This document shows, one piece after another, positions 1 through 10,670 of a stretch of DNA of 56,241 bases (positions are counted from its first letter, which is position 1; each line of letters begins with the position of its first letter). This DNA comes from Candidatus Aminicenantes bacterium JdFR-78 (GTDB lineage Bacteria > Acidobacteriota > Aminicenantia > JdFR-78). Position numbers and translations under genes: made by a program. The stretch covers positions 149,830 to 206,070 of the forward strand of contig MTON01000024.1 in assembly GCA_002010665.1 (NCBI GenBank), read 5' to 3'. Under the pieces are notes generated by a model. The model saw only the letters and a program-made list of their open reading frames with translations, did no database searches and was not told the origin of the DNA.

Positions 1-1074
1 TCTTTTTGCTCTCTCAATTTCTTGTTCAAGTCTATTATAAAAATACCTATAATTGTATAAATCAGTCAATTCATCCGTTATTGAAAGATGATGAAGTTTT
101 TGATTGGTTAAATATAATTCAAAAATAATACCTAAATAGCTTGCTATGGAAGTAAAAATTTCCAATTCATGATCAGAAAAATCATTCAGTTTTTTACTCT
201 CTAAATTTATAACACCAATTACTTTGTTTTCGACTTTAATTGGAACACACAGCTCAGATTTTATATCTCTATCGAGACTTATATATCTCTTATCTTTACT
301 CACATCCGGAATAATTATACTCTTCCCTGTTTTAGCAACCCATCCTGTTATTCCTTTACCCAGAGGTATTCTTGCTTTTTCTTTAAAATAATCTGGATAA
401 ACATAAAAAGGCTCAAGAATTTCGTCCTTCTCATTTAAAAGCAGAAAGGCTACTTTTGAATAGCCCATTTCTTTTACAATTAAGCCATGAAGTTTTTTAA
501 TCATATTTTCTAAGGTGTTCTCTTTTGATATGGCTTTTGTCATTTCTCTGAATATGTAGATTTCTTTTTCCAATAATTTATTGTGAAAATTAAGATATTC
601 TAAAACAATCCATTTTCGTATACTTTGAAAATAATCTGAAAGCGAAGCTTTCTTTTTAGCAGAAATTTCTCTCAAAGGGCAATTAATTCCTAAAAGAAAT
701 CCTATAAATTTTTTTTCCTCTGTTAAAAAAGGAAAAAAAACAAAATCGGTTGCATTTTGAAATTTATTCCTAAAAAATTTATAAAGTGTATTTGAAGAAT
801 CTTTTTCGGTTAATTTTCTTAATATTTTTCTCTTTGGAATGAATTGCTTCTTTAAAGAAGGAAAAACAATAATTTCTTTTGATGTTAATAACTCTTTAAA
901 TTTTTGTTTCTCAATTAGGATATAGATTAGAATTTTTTCACAGCCTGTTTTCCTTTTTATTTTATATAAGATTTCATTTAAAGCTTTTTTATTTTTTGAA
1001 TTAACAAAGTCATAAAAGGAACCTGAAATTCTTCTGAGGTAAGTTTCCTTATCCCCTTTGCTTAAATAATCCAT
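1..1074 (-). CDS. GAF-sensor diguanylate cyclase (GGDEF), runs off the left edge of the window
   Basis: Not in the ORF track. ATG at 1074 after AGGCAGGA. Manual translation gives a GAF-like stretch (GKGITGWVAKTGKSIIIPDVSKDKRY...SELCVPI) followed by LSITDELTDLYNYRYFYNRLEQEIERAKR, the typical start of a GGDEF domain. Confidence 0.85.
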   Translation of the reverse strand, partial: MDYLSKGDKETYLRRISGSFYDFVNSKNKKALNEILYKIKRKTGCEKILIYILIEKQKFKELLTSKEIIVFPSLKKQFIPKRKILRKLTEKDSSNTLYKFFRNKFQNATDFVFFPFLTEEKKFIGFLLGINCPLREISAKKKASLSDYFQSIRKWIVLEYLNFHNKLLEKEIYIFREMTKAISKENTLENMIKKLHGLIVKEMGYSKVAFLLLNEKDEILEPFYVYPDYFKEKARIPLGKGITGWVAKTGKSIIIPDVSKDKRYISLDRDIKSELCVPIKVENKVIGVINLESKKLNDFSDHELEIFTSIASYLGIIFELYLTNQKLHHLSITDELTDLYNYRYFYNRLEQEIERAKR

Positions 1075-1155
1075 TTTCCTGCCTTTTTAACTATAATAAA
1101 TAATTTAGATTAAGTCAAATTTCATCTAAAATAGTAATGAACCAAATTATATAAA

Positions 1156-2274
1156 TCAGAGTTTCAAAAATAATTCAGTAAGTAAAGTAGTCCTCTCTAG
1201 AAGAGAAGCAATATATAAATGTTCATTTTCACTGTGGATGCCATTTCCCACTGGGCCAAGACCATCCACAGTTGGTATTCCTATATTAGAAGCAAAAGAA
1301 GCATCAGAACCTCCACCTGACTTTCCAGCTTTTATCTCAATTCCTAATTTTTTTCCAATTCTTTTTATTCTTCTAAATAGATTGAATGAAACTCTCGTTT
1401 TTTCCATTGGTGGTCGGAAACTTAAAACTTGGAACTTTAATTTAGCTCCTTCCATTTTTGGTTTTAAATAATTAAAAAAATCAATTATTTTTTCTTTATC
1501 TTTTGTTTTCCAGAACCTTATATCCAAGATTGCCTCTGCACTGTCTGGAACAACGTTTACTTTTTCGCCACCTCTGATTAATCCAACATTTATAGTTATT
1601 CCTCCTTTTTGTACTTTTTTTAATTTTAATAATTGATGCGAGAGTTCAATAATTGCATTTACTCCTTTATGAGGAGAACTTCCATGTGCTGATTTTCCAA
1701 AAGTTATTAATTTCCCAACCATTCTTCCTTTTCTTTGCATCTTTAAGGAGCCGTCAGGGAGAGCTGGCTCGAGACAGAGGACATATTTTGATTTTTTTGC
1801 AGAGTCAATTATAAATTTCTCAGAATGATGGCTACCTGTTTCTTCTTCTGAATTACAAAATACAGATATTGTTTTCTTTGGTTTTAAACCCGAATCTTTA
1901 ATAGCTTTAAATGCAAAATACACCATAACTGCTCCTGCTTTCATATCAAGAACACCTGGTCCGAAAATTTTCTCCCCCTCGATTTTGAAAGGCATTTCCT
2001 TAATCTTTCCGATCTTCCACACTGTATCTATGTGCAAAAGCACAAGAATTTTTTCATTACTTTTTCCTGGGAGTTCAGCGAAACCAAAATCTCCTATTTC
2101 CTTTTGAGTTATTTTGGATGTTTTTATTCCAAGTTTTTTCAATTCTTCAAAATAAAAATTTGAACATTTATCTACTGCATTTTTATCATGAGTAGGAGAT
2201 TCTAGAAATACAAGTTCTTTTAAAAAATTGATAATTTCTTTTTCTCTTTTTTTGAAATATTCGCTAAAATTCAT
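1156..2274 (-). CDS. M20 family metallopeptidase (glutamate carboxypeptidase/CPG2-like)
   Basis: HIDTV, GPGVLDMKAG, SEEETGS, GGGSDA and HSENE motifs. Confidence 0.9.
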   Translation of the reverse strand: MNFSEYFKKREKEIINFLKELVFLESPTHDKNAVDKCSNFYFEELKKLGIKTSKITQKEIGDFGFAELPGKSNEKILVLLHIDTVWKIGKIKEMPFKIEGEKIFGPGVLDMKAGAVMVYFAFKAIKDSGLKPKKTISVFCNSEEETGSHHSEKFIIDSAKKSKYVLCLEPALPDGSLKMQRKGRMVGKLITFGKSAHGSSPHKGVNAIIELSHQLLKLKKVQKGGITINVGLIRGGEKVNVVPDSAEAILDIRFWKTKDKEKIIDFFNYLKPKMEGAKLKFQVLSFRPPMEKTRVSFNLFRRIKRIGKKLGIEIKAGKSGGGSDASFASNIGIPTVDGLGPVGNGIHSENEHLYIASLLERTTLLTELFLKL

Positions 2275-2359
2275 TTTTTACTCCTTTTCATTTGAGTAAA
2301 TGGATTTTACTATATTTTAATTTGACAAACAACTGATTTTTAGAAATTATAAATTATGT

Positions 2360-2974
2360 ATGAGAAAGAAAATTTTAGTCGTCTTTATATTTCTGTTTTT
2401 TATATGTGCCAATTTAAAAGCTCAAAAAATCTCTTTTGCTTTAGGTCTCAAAGTTCAGTATGCTGATCCAGTAAAAAAAATCTATAATGGCGATTTTATG
2501 TCAGGATTACTTTTCAATCTTAAAATAGGGAATAATTTTATGATAGAAATTGATTCAGGAAACTGGAAAAGTCAAGTAAAAGAAAAAAATAATCTTTATC
2601 CGGGCGAACTTTCAGTAACTCCTATTTTGGTAAGTGGCATATTTATTTATCCTATTAAAGATTCACTTTATCCATATTTTTCAATTGGATTCGGCTATTA
2701 TTTCAATCATTTTCAAATTTCTGAGGAAATAATAACGATTCCTGAAATAAAGATTAATCAAGACATAGAGGACAGTTTTGGATTCCAAACTGGTTTGGGA
2801 ATTGATTATATTATAGCTTCTACCCTTGCCTTAAATTTGGATGTAAAATATTGTTGGATTTCACCTAAAGGAGAGACAATAATAACCTATATTGATGATA
2901 AAGTGAATCAAGAGATTTTTAATTTGAATTTAAATAATCTTCTTTATAGAATTTGTATTAAGATTTACTTTTAA
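2360..2974 (+). CDS. Outer-membrane beta-barrel protein (OmpW/OmpA-like, about 8 strands)
   Basis: Signal peptide, PYFSIGFGYY and LNLDVKY strands, C-terminal Phe. Confidence 0.7.
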   Translation: MRKKILVVFIFLFFICANLKAQKISFALGLKVQYADPVKKIYNGDFMSGLLFNLKIGNNFMIEIDSGNWKSQVKEKNNLYPGELSVTPILVSGIFIYPIKDSLYPYFSIGFGYYFNHFQISEEIITIPEIKINQDIEDSFGFQTGLGIDYIIASTLALNLDVKYCWISPKGETIITYIDDKVNQEIFNLNLNNLLYRICIKIYF

Positions 2975-5115
2975 AATCTCCACCAGTAAGAGAACTTTAC
3001 GAAAAAAGTTCTTTTCTTTCTTACAAAAACATCCATTTCTTTTTCCTGAGTGTCATCAAACCCTAAATAGAAAGTAGTGCCTGGTCTATATTCCCAGCTT
3101 ATAAGAAAGGAATTAAAAAGCTTTTTATAATAGCTATGATAATCTGTAATAAATCTGAAGGAAAGGGTTCTTGAAATTTGAAGGGTAATTTTTTGTCTAA
3201 TGGTGTTTATATCATAAACTTTTTCTCCTCCTTTCTTTTTAAAAAACTTGCTGTTTTTGAAATAGTATGAAATTCTTAGAATAGATGAGGGCCTTATCTC
3301 TGTTTTTATATAATGATTTATTCTAAAACCCAGATACGGGTTTTTAGGATCATAATAAATTCCGTCCCCAATTAAAAAGTTGTAACTTCCGCTTAACCAC
3401 TTAAATGGTTGAGAGCTTGCACTTAAATAAAAATAATTCTTATGGAAATTTATTCCTGCCCATCTTTCCATGTAATCTGAATACTTAATGCTTAAAATAG
3501 TTTCTTTAGAACCCCTCATATAAATTGAAAAAATTTTTGCTTCATCTGTTAAGATATTTTTAAAGTCATACCATCTTCTATAATGAATCATTGGTCTTAA
3601 AAATATTAGAAATTTTTTCTGGGGATAGTACTTATAGGCAAGTCTTATGTCAAATTCTTTTACATTATTTCTTATTATGAAACCTGATGAAGCTTCAAAA
3701 TCAGGATGTATACTAAACCAGCTTACATCAAAAAAAATCTTTCTAGAAGAATGTTTAAACCATAAAGCAAGGGCAGGGACTAATGACGTAGTTTTATTTT
3801 TGAACTTAGTCTTAGAATAAAGAGCTTGGAAAGTAAAATAGTAATATTTTTTAAATTTAAATTGGCCATCAAGTCCAAAAACTCTATTATATCGTGATAG
3901 AGAACCAATATTTTGCCCAATTTCTTTGTCTGTCAAAATGAACCCAATGTATGATTCAGAATATAAATCTCTTTTTAGACGCAAAATATTAAAAAGAGCA
4001 TTATCTTTTTTCCTGCTTTCCACTCCACTTATTTCCCACAGGCTTTCTGTTGGATTTTCATCATACGCATTTATATATCCTATGGTTGTCTTTCCAATTT
4101 TTCCTGTTAATTTTGCTCCCCATAAGGGATCGATTATTCTTCTTGTATAGACAATTGGAATTAATGTTTCAAAAATATCCTTCGCTTCATAGAAAAAAGG
4201 CCTTTTTTCTGGATAATAGAGTGCATATCTTAAATTTATATCAACTTGTGGCAGATCAGCCTCTATATGACTGAAATCAGGATTATAGGAGAAATCGGCA
4301 GTTAGATTTGATGTAATTCCATATTTAAAATTTAATCCAAAATCAGAGTCAAAATTTTCGCCCATCCTTTTCAGCCCAGTAGCCACCGGCATGATTTCTA
4401 AATTTCTGCCTCTCTCGATTTCTCCATCAATTTCCAAAGTTCCTGCTTGAATCAGATAACCAGTTATATCTCTCGTCAATGGGATCCAATGTATTCGTTC
4501 ACTTTTTCTTCTTATTCTTCTAAAAATGTGAATTCCCCACCTTTGAACCGAAGTATTTGGAAAACGGATGCTTTTAAAAGGGATTGCTATTTCAACGGTG
4601 TATCCATCTTTGTTAATTCTTCCTTTTGAGATAAAATAAGTATCCCAACTCAGATCTTCCTTTAAAGGTTCTTCAGTTACTATACTATCCTCTTGAATTC
4701 CCAAAGGATTCACAACGAACTGAAAGGCTCTTTTCTTTGCATTAAAAGTGTCAAGAACAAATCCTACAAAGTCATCAAGGGAAATATGGTCCCTTTTTGA
4801 AAGTGATGCTCTTATTTTATCGGGTTCAGAGTCAAAACATTGAAAGGCTACATATAAATTCTTTTTATCGTAGCCAATGTAAGCAATTGTTTTTTCTGTA
4901 GGTGGTGAATTTTCTTTTGGTTCAAATTGTGTGAATTTTTCAATTTTAAAAGCCTCTTTCCAGCACTCATCATTTAATAAGCCATCAATAACAGGGGGTT
5001 GGGATAATTTCGGAACTTTAATATAGTATTTTTCATTTATTTTTCCAGCATTTAATAATAATTTTAAACTAAAGAAAATGATTATTAATAATTTGAATCT
5101 TACCCCATTCGCCAT
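2971..5115 (-). CDS. CBM9-like sugar-binding / DUF5916-type outer-membrane protein
   Basis: Signal peptide, PVIDGLLND..W and YTVEIAIPFKSIRF (CBM9/DOMON-like), NPDFSHIEAD and EKRPFF motifs, barrel-like C-terminus KFSYWWRF. Confidence 0.75.
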   Translation of the reverse strand: MANGVRFKLLIIIFFSLKLLLNAGKINEKYYIKVPKLSQPPVIDGLLNDECWKEAFKIEKFTQFEPKENSPPTEKTIAYIGYDKKNLYVAFQCFDSEPDKIRASLSKRDHISLDDFVGFVLDTFNAKKRAFQFVVNPLGIQEDSIVTEEPLKEDLSWDTYFISKGRINKDGYTVEIAIPFKSIRFPNTSVQRWGIHIFRRIRRKSERIHWIPLTRDITGYLIQAGTLEIDGEIERGRNLEIMPVATGLKRMGENFDSDFGLNFKYGITSNLTADFSYNPDFSHIEADLPQVDINLRYALYYPEKRPFFYEAKDIFETLIPIVYTRRIIDPLWGAKLTGKIGKTTIGYINAYDENPTESLWEISGVESRKKDNALFNILRLKRDLYSESYIGFILTDKEIGQNIGSLSRYNRVFGLDGQFKFKKYYYFTFQALYSKTKFKNKTTSLVPALALWFKHSSRKIFFDVSWFSIHPDFEASSGFIIRNNVKEFDIRLAYKYYPQKKFLIFLRPMIHYRRWYDFKNILTDEAKIFSIYMRGSKETILSIKYSDYMERWAGINFHKNYFYLSASSQPFKWLSGSYNFLIGDGIYYDPKNPYLGFRINHYIKTEIRPSSILRISYYFKNSKFFKKKGGEKVYDINTIRQKITLQISRTLSFRFITDYHSYYKKLFNSFLISWEYRPGTTFYLGFDDTQEKEMDVFVRKKRTFFVKFSYWWRF

Positions 5116-5169
5116 TGCTCAAAGCATTCGGGATTATATCAAAATTTAAATTAAATGACAATATTTGTA

Positions 5170-5198
5170 TTGACTTTCTTTATGCAAAAATTTAAGAT
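5170..5198 (+). promoter_or_regulatory. sigma70-like promoter of the kinase operon
   Basis: TTGACT-N17-TAAGAT. Confidence 0.5.
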
Positions 5199-5219
5199 AT
5201 TCACAAAGATTAAATAAAA

Positions 5220-7595
5220 ATGGTAGATATACTATTTAAAATAAAAGCATTAAAAATTCCTGATTTTGAAATCGCGAATTTACCAATATCGATTCAGTTT
5301 TTAATATATTTCTTTATCCTTATTGTCTTCATAAAATTAATAAAAACTCTGGATAGAAGTTTAATTGTATCTCTATATAATAATACTCCTTTTCTTTCTA
5401 ATTTTTTCACAATTCTTTTCAAGAGCTTTGCTTTAAGTAGAAAAGCAAAGAGAAATTATAATTTAGGCTACATAAAAGAAGCAGGTGAGATTTACGAGAA
5501 ACTTGGAAAATATAAAAAGGCCTTAAAAATATATAAAAAAACCAAAAGCCATTTAAATCTAGCTCACTTGTATCAGAAAATTGGAGAAATAAAAAAATCT
5601 GAAAAATTATATCTTAAATATGGACTTTTTTCAGAACTAATAGATTTCTATATATCAACCGGAAAAACTGAAGAGGCAGTTAAATTGTATCTAAAAAAAG
5701 AAAAATACTCAGAAGCAGCACATTTATTATTGCTTTTAAAAAAATGGGAAGAGGCAGGAGCACTTTTTGAAAGAGAGAAAATGTATTATGAAGCTGGAAG
5801 AGCTTTTGAAAAAGCTGGTCTAATTGGGAGAGCTACCATAAATTATGAGAAATGGTATGAAACCAACAGGGAACTAATTTCAAGAAACCAAGAAGCAAAG
5901 AAAAAATTTGAAAACATAATTGGTGCACTTGAAAATGCTGGAAAGATAGATAAATGTATGGGGATGTTAACTGAACAAAATATGTTCGAGAAAGCGGGTG
6001 AAATATGTAAAAAACATGGAAAATTAGAGGAAGCAGCAGATTATTTTAAGAAATCAGCTAATTTCTTTCAAGCTGCAGAGGTTTACAAAAAGCTTGGAGA
6101 TGAAAAAAGAGAGTTCCAAATGCTTGGAGAGGCATATTTTGCTAAAAATCAAATAGGGAAAGCTGCTCAATATTTTGAAAAAAGTGGTGATTACGAAAGA
6201 GCAGCTAAATTATACGAATGGGATAATCAAGATGATAAGGCTGCTGAATGTTATTATAAGAGTAAAAATTTCGTTCTTGCAGGAGATAGTTACCTAAGAC
6301 GAGGAGAGATGGAAAAGGCTGCTGAATGCTATGAATTAGGAAAAGATTTTCAGCAAGCAGCTTCTATATATCATCAAATTGGGAATTTAACAAAAGCACT
6401 AACCCTTTACAAACTATCAGAAGATTATTTTAATGCAGGTAAAGTTGCTTATGAAATGGGTGAGGCAGAAACTGCTTTAGAATTTTTAAGAAAAGTCCCA
6501 TATGAAAGCCCAAATTTTTTTCAAGCTAATTTTATTGCAGGAAAAATTTATCTTGAAAGAGAAGAGTATGACAAGGCAGAAGAAAGATTTTTAAAAGCGA
6601 TAAATGATGAAACTATAAATGACGGAAATAAAGAATATTATTATTACTTAGCACGAACATATGAAGAAAAACAAAAATATGATGAGGCAAAGACTTTATA
6701 TAATAGAATCTATGAGTTTGATAAAGAATTTAAAGATATTGAAAATAAAGTTGAAGAAATAGAGAAAAAAGCATTAGAAAAAGCAAAATTTGAAAAAGCA
6801 GTAGAGGATTCGTCAGAAAGATACAGAATAATTGAGAAAATTGGTGAAGGAGGAATGGGCGCAGTATACAAAGCAGAAGATTTAATCTTAAAAAGGATTG
6901 TTGCTCTTAAAATGTTAAATAAAGAATTTTTACAGAAAAGAAAAGCAGTAGAAAGGTTTTTGAGTGAAGCAAGAACTTCTGCTTCTTTATCCCATCCTAA
7001 TATAATTACTGTTTATGATGTAGGACAAATAAGTGAAAGCTATTTTATTTCTATGGAATATATTGAAGGTGAAACTTTCATGGATTATTTAAGAAAGGTT
7101 GGTAGACTTACAGTTCCCCAATTAATTTTTGTTGCCTATCATCTTTTTAAAGCTCTGGATTACGCTCATAAAAAAGGAGTTATTCATAGAGATATAAAAC
7201 CCCATAACATAATGCTTACAAAAGATAAACAGATAAAAGTAATGGATTTTGGAATTGCAATTATCCTTACTGGTGAAAATAGAGAAATGACATTTAGTGG
7301 AACTCCTTATTATATGGCGCCTGAACAGATTCTTGGGACATCAATAGACCATAGAACAGACCTTTATTCAGCAGGAGCTACCCTTTATCATTTAGCAGCA
7401 GGAAGGCCTCCTTTTGCAGAAGGAGATGTGTTTTCCCAGCATCTTTCTAAAAAGCCAACCTCTTTAAGAGAAATTAGAAAAGATATTCCTCATCAGCTGG
7501 ATTATATTATTTTAAAATGCCTTGAAAAAGATAAAGTAAATAGATTCCAATCTGCTGGAGAAGTTCTAAACGAACTTAGAAAAATCAGAATTTAA
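5220..7595 (+). CDS. Membrane-anchored TPR/SNAP-like repeat protein with C-terminal Hanks-type Ser/Thr kinase
   Basis: N-terminal hydrophobic helix and repeated AAxxYExAG helices; kinase motifs GEGGMGAVY, VALK, HRDIKPHN, DFG, GTPYYMAPE. Confidence 0.9.
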   Translation: MVDILFKIKALKIPDFEIANLPISIQFLIYFFILIVFIKLIKTLDRSLIVSLYNNTPFLSNFFTILFKSFALSRKAKRNYNLGYIKEAGEIYEKLGKYKKALKIYKKTKSHLNLAHLYQKIGEIKKSEKLYLKYGLFSELIDFYISTGKTEEAVKLYLKKEKYSEAAHLLLLLKKWEEAGALFEREKMYYEAGRAFEKAGLIGRATINYEKWYETNRELISRNQEAKKKFENIIGALENAGKIDKCMGMLTEQNMFEKAGEICKKHGKLEEAADYFKKSANFFQAAEVYKKLGDEKREFQMLGEAYFAKNQIGKAAQYFEKSGDYERAAKLYEWDNQDDKAAECYYKSKNFVLAGDSYLRRGEMEKAAECYELGKDFQQAASIYHQIGNLTKALTLYKLSEDYFNAGKVAYEMGEAETALEFLRKVPYESPNFFQANFIAGKIYLEREEYDKAEERFLKAINDETINDGNKEYYYYLARTYEEKQKYDEAKTLYNRIYEFDKEFKDIENKVEEIEKKALEKAKFEKAVEDSSERYRIIEKIGEGGMGAVYKAEDLILKRIVALKMLNKEFLQKRKAVERFLSEARTSASLSHPNIITVYDVGQISESYFISMEYIEGETFMDYLRKVGRLTVPQLIFVAYHLFKALDYAHKKGVIHRDIKPHNIMLTKDKQIKVMDFGIAIILTGENREMTFSGTPYYMAPEQILGTSIDHRTDLYSAGATLYHLAAGRPPFAEGDVFSQHLSKKPTSLREIRKDIPHQLDYIILKCLEKDKVNRFQSAGEVLNELRKIRI

Positions 7596-8548
7596 TGAAA
7601 GCACTTGTTTTTAAAAATAACGAGATTTCTCTAAATGAAGTTCCTATTCCAGAAATTAAAGAAGACGAAGCTCTTATTAAGATTTTAAAAGCAGGAATAT
7701 GTAATACAGATATAGAGATTTTAAAAGGTTATATGAATTTTGAAGGAATTCTTGGCCATGAATTTGTTGGTATAGTTGTTGAGGCTAAAAACAAAAAATG
7801 GATTGGGAAAAGAGTAGTTGGAGAGATAAATATTGGATGTGGTAAGTGTGAGTATTGTTTAACTGGGAGAAAAAATCATTGTCCTTCAAGAAAAGTGGTT
7901 GGGATTTTAAATAAAGATGGAGCATTTGCAGAATACATTACGCTTCCAATTTCAAACCTTTATATTGTTCCTGACAAAATTTCTGATGAAAAAGCAGTAT
8001 TCACAGAACCACTGGCTGCAGCATTAAGAATCACGGAGCAGATTGAAATAAGAAAAAACGATAAAGTATTAATAATAGGAGATGGAAAAATTGGATTATT
8101 AATTTCTCAGGTCATGAAATTAATGAATTGTGAAACCTATTGTATGGGAAAGCACAAAAGAAAATTGAAAATTCTGGAAAATAAAAACATTAAAACTTTA
8201 TTAAAAGGAAAGAATATAGATCATAGATTTGATATAGTTATAGAGGCTGCGGGAAAGAGGGGAGGTATAAAACAGGCATTAAAATATGTAAAGCCAGAAG
8301 GTAAAGTGATTCTAAAAAGCACTTACCATGGCAGAGTAGTCCTTGATATTTCTTCAATTGTGGTGAATGAGATTAATGTCACTGGTTCAAGATGTGGTCC
8401 ATTTAATAAAGCGTTGGAACTATTGGAAAGAAATCTGGTCGAAGTAGAATCTTTAATTGATGGAGAATACTCATTATGTGAATGGGAAAAAGCCTTTGAA
8501 CAGGCATTAAAAAGTGAAAAATTAAAGATATTATTTAGAATTAATTGA
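7595..8548 (+). CDS. Zinc-dependent medium-chain alcohol dehydrogenase (threonine/sorbitol dehydrogenase-like)
   Basis: GICNTD, GHEFVG, structural Zn motif CGKCEYC...C, GDGKIG. Confidence 0.88.
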   Translation: MKALVFKNNEISLNEVPIPEIKEDEALIKILKAGICNTDIEILKGYMNFEGILGHEFVGIVVEAKNKKWIGKRVVGEINIGCGKCEYCLTGRKNHCPSRKVVGILNKDGAFAEYITLPISNLYIVPDKISDEKAVFTEPLAAALRITEQIEIRKNDKVLIIGDGKIGLLISQVMKLMNCETYCMGKHKRKLKILENKNIKTLLKGKNIDHRFDIVIEAAGKRGGIKQALKYVKPEGKVILKSTYHGRVVLDISSIVVNEINVTGSRCGPFNKALELLERNLVEVESLIDGEYSLCEWEKAFEQALKSEKLKILFRIN

Positions 8549-8619
8549 CTTTCCTTCCAAATTTTCTTAAAAAATGCTATACATAAATGTTAATATTTTT
8601 TACATTAGGAGTCTCAAAA

Positions 8620-9525
8620 TTGAAAACACAAGAATATATTGAAGAAATAATTAAGTTAAAAAAGGAAAGAAATGCAATAATTCTTGCACATAATTATCAA
8701 AGAGGAGAAGTACAAGATATTGCAGACTATATAGGCGATTCTCTTGGTTTGAGTCAAAAAGCTGCTGAAGTTAATGAAAAGGTTATAGTTTTTTGTGGGG
8801 TTCATTTTATGGCTGAAACTGCTTCGATTCTTGCTCCTAATAAAACTGTTCTTATACCTGATATCACAGCAGGATGTCCCATGGCAGATATGATCAGTGC
8901 GCAGGAGATGAAGGAATGGAAGAATAAATATCCTGGAAGACCTGTTGTATGTTATATAAATTCAACTGCAGAGGTAAAAGCTGAATGTGACTTTTGTTGT
9001 ACTTCTTCTAATGCAATAAGAGTAATTGAAGCTGTAAATTCTAATGAAATTTTATTCGCACCCGACCAGTATCTTGGAAGTTATATTGCTTCTCAAACAA
9101 ATAAGAAACTTATCTTATGGGATGGATATTGTTATGTGCATAGGATGATATTACCTAAGCATATTTTAGAAAAAAAGAAAGAATTCCCAGAAGCAGAGGT
9201 TTGGGCTCATCCAGAATGCAGAGGAGAGGTATTGGAATTGGCTGACAAAATCCTTTCTACAGGAGGTATGGTAAAGCAAGCGAGATTAACAGACAAAAAA
9301 GAAATTATAATTGCCACAGAAACAGGAATTATCTATAGACTTAAAAAGGAAAATCCGGATAAAAATTTTTATCCTGCTTATGAATATGCAATATGCAGTA
9401 ATATGAAAAAGATAACATTGAGAAAAGTCCTCGATTCTTTGAAAGAAATGAAATTCGTAGTTAAAGTTCCAGAAGAAACTGCTGAGAAGGCAAAGGATGC
9501 TATAGATAGAATGATAAGAATTTAA
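8620..9525 (+). CDS. nadA: Quinolinate synthase A
   Basis: ILAHNYQ, FCGVHFMAE, GCPMA, WAHPEC. Probable TTG start at 8620 after AGGAG; the ORF track starts at 8587. Confidence 0.95.
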   Translation: MKTQEYIEEIIKLKKERNAIILAHNYQRGEVQDIADYIGDSLGLSQKAAEVNEKVIVFCGVHFMAETASILAPNKTVLIPDITAGCPMADMISAQEMKEWKNKYPGRPVVCYINSTAEVKAECDFCCTSSNAIRVIEAVNSNEILFAPDQYLGSYIASQTNKKLILWDGYCYVHRMILPKHILEKKKEFPEAEVWAHPECRGEVLELADKILSTGGMVKQARLTDKKEIIIATETGIIYRLKKENPDKNFYPAYEYAICSNMKKITLRKVLDSLKEMKFVVKVPEETAEKAKDAIDRMIRI

Positions 9526-9527
9526 GA

Positions 9528-10616
9528 ATGAGAAAAGCTTATTTAGGTTTAGAAGATGGGTCTATTTTTGAAGGAGAAACATTTTTCAATAAAGAATTTG
9601 AGCGTTATGGAGAAGTAGTTTTTAACACTTCAATGACAGGGTACCAAGAAGTTCTGACTGATCCTTCTTACAAAGGACAAATTGTTGTAATGACTTATCC
9701 TTTAATTGGAAACTATGGAGTTAATAGTGAAGATTTAGAGTCTTCGAAAGTTCAAGTTGAGGGTTTTGTGATTCGAGAATTAAGTAAAATTTCAAGCAAT
9801 TGGCGGGCTGAAAAGAATTTAAAAGATTTTCTTGTTGAAAATAATGTATTCACTCTGACAGAAGTTGATACTCGAGCAATTACAAGAAAAATTAGAATTT
9901 ATGGGGCAATGAAAGGTCTTCTAACTAATAGGAAATATTCAAAAAAGGAATTAATTAAAAAAGTTAGGGAATTGCCATCAATTTCTGAACAGGATTTAGT
10001 TAAATATGTTACAACAAATAAAATTTATTTTTACAATGGAAGAACGGGAAATCCTTTAATCGTTGTTTTAGATTTTGGAGTCAAATTTAATATTTTAAAA
10101 GAATTGAAAAAAAGAGATTTTGATATTGTTGTTTTTCCAGCAAGAACAGATTATGAACTTATATTATCTTATAAACCAGCAGGAGTTGTTCTTTCAAATG
10201 GTCCCGGAGATCCAGCAATTGTGTGCTATGGTATTGAAACAACTAAAAAACTTTTAAATAAAGTGCCAATTTTGGGAATTTGTCTTGGTCATCAAATTCT
10301 TGGACTTGCACTTGGAGGAAAAACATATAAATTAAAATTCGGACATAGGGGAGGGAATCATCCTGTAAAAGATTTGAAGACAGGAAAAGTTATGATTACA
10401 ACACAAAATCACGGTTTTGCTATTGACTTCGAAAGTTTTAAAGATGAAAAAATAGAATTAACCCATATCAATTTAAATGATAATACAGTTGAAGGAATCG
10501 GACATAAAGAAATTCCTTTTATCTCAGTTCAATTTCACCCAGAATCATGTCCTGGGCCTCATGACACAACTTATCTTTTTGATGAATTTAGAAAATTGGT
10601 TATAAGTCGAATGTAA
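9528..10616 (+). CDS. carA: Carbamoyl-phosphate synthase small subunit
   Basis: GEVVFNTSMTGYQE, SNGPGDP, GICLGHQ, QFHPE. Confidence 0.97.
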   Translation: MRKAYLGLEDGSIFEGETFFNKEFERYGEVVFNTSMTGYQEVLTDPSYKGQIVVMTYPLIGNYGVNSEDLESSKVQVEGFVIRELSKISSNWRAEKNLKDFLVENNVFTLTEVDTRAITRKIRIYGAMKGLLTNRKYSKKELIKKVRELPSISEQDLVKYVTTNKIYFYNGRTGNPLIVVLDFGVKFNILKELKKRDFDIVVFPARTDYELILSYKPAGVVLSNGPGDPAIVCYGIETTKKLLNKVPILGICLGHQILGLALGGKTYKLKFGHRGGNHPVKDLKTGKVMITTQNHGFAIDFESFKDEKIELTHINLNDNTVEGIGHKEIPFISVQFHPESCPGPHDTTYLFDEFRKLVISRM

Positions 10617-10670
10617 ATTTTTTGAAATTAATCTTTTATTTAGGAAAATATATTATACGAACAATTAAAT

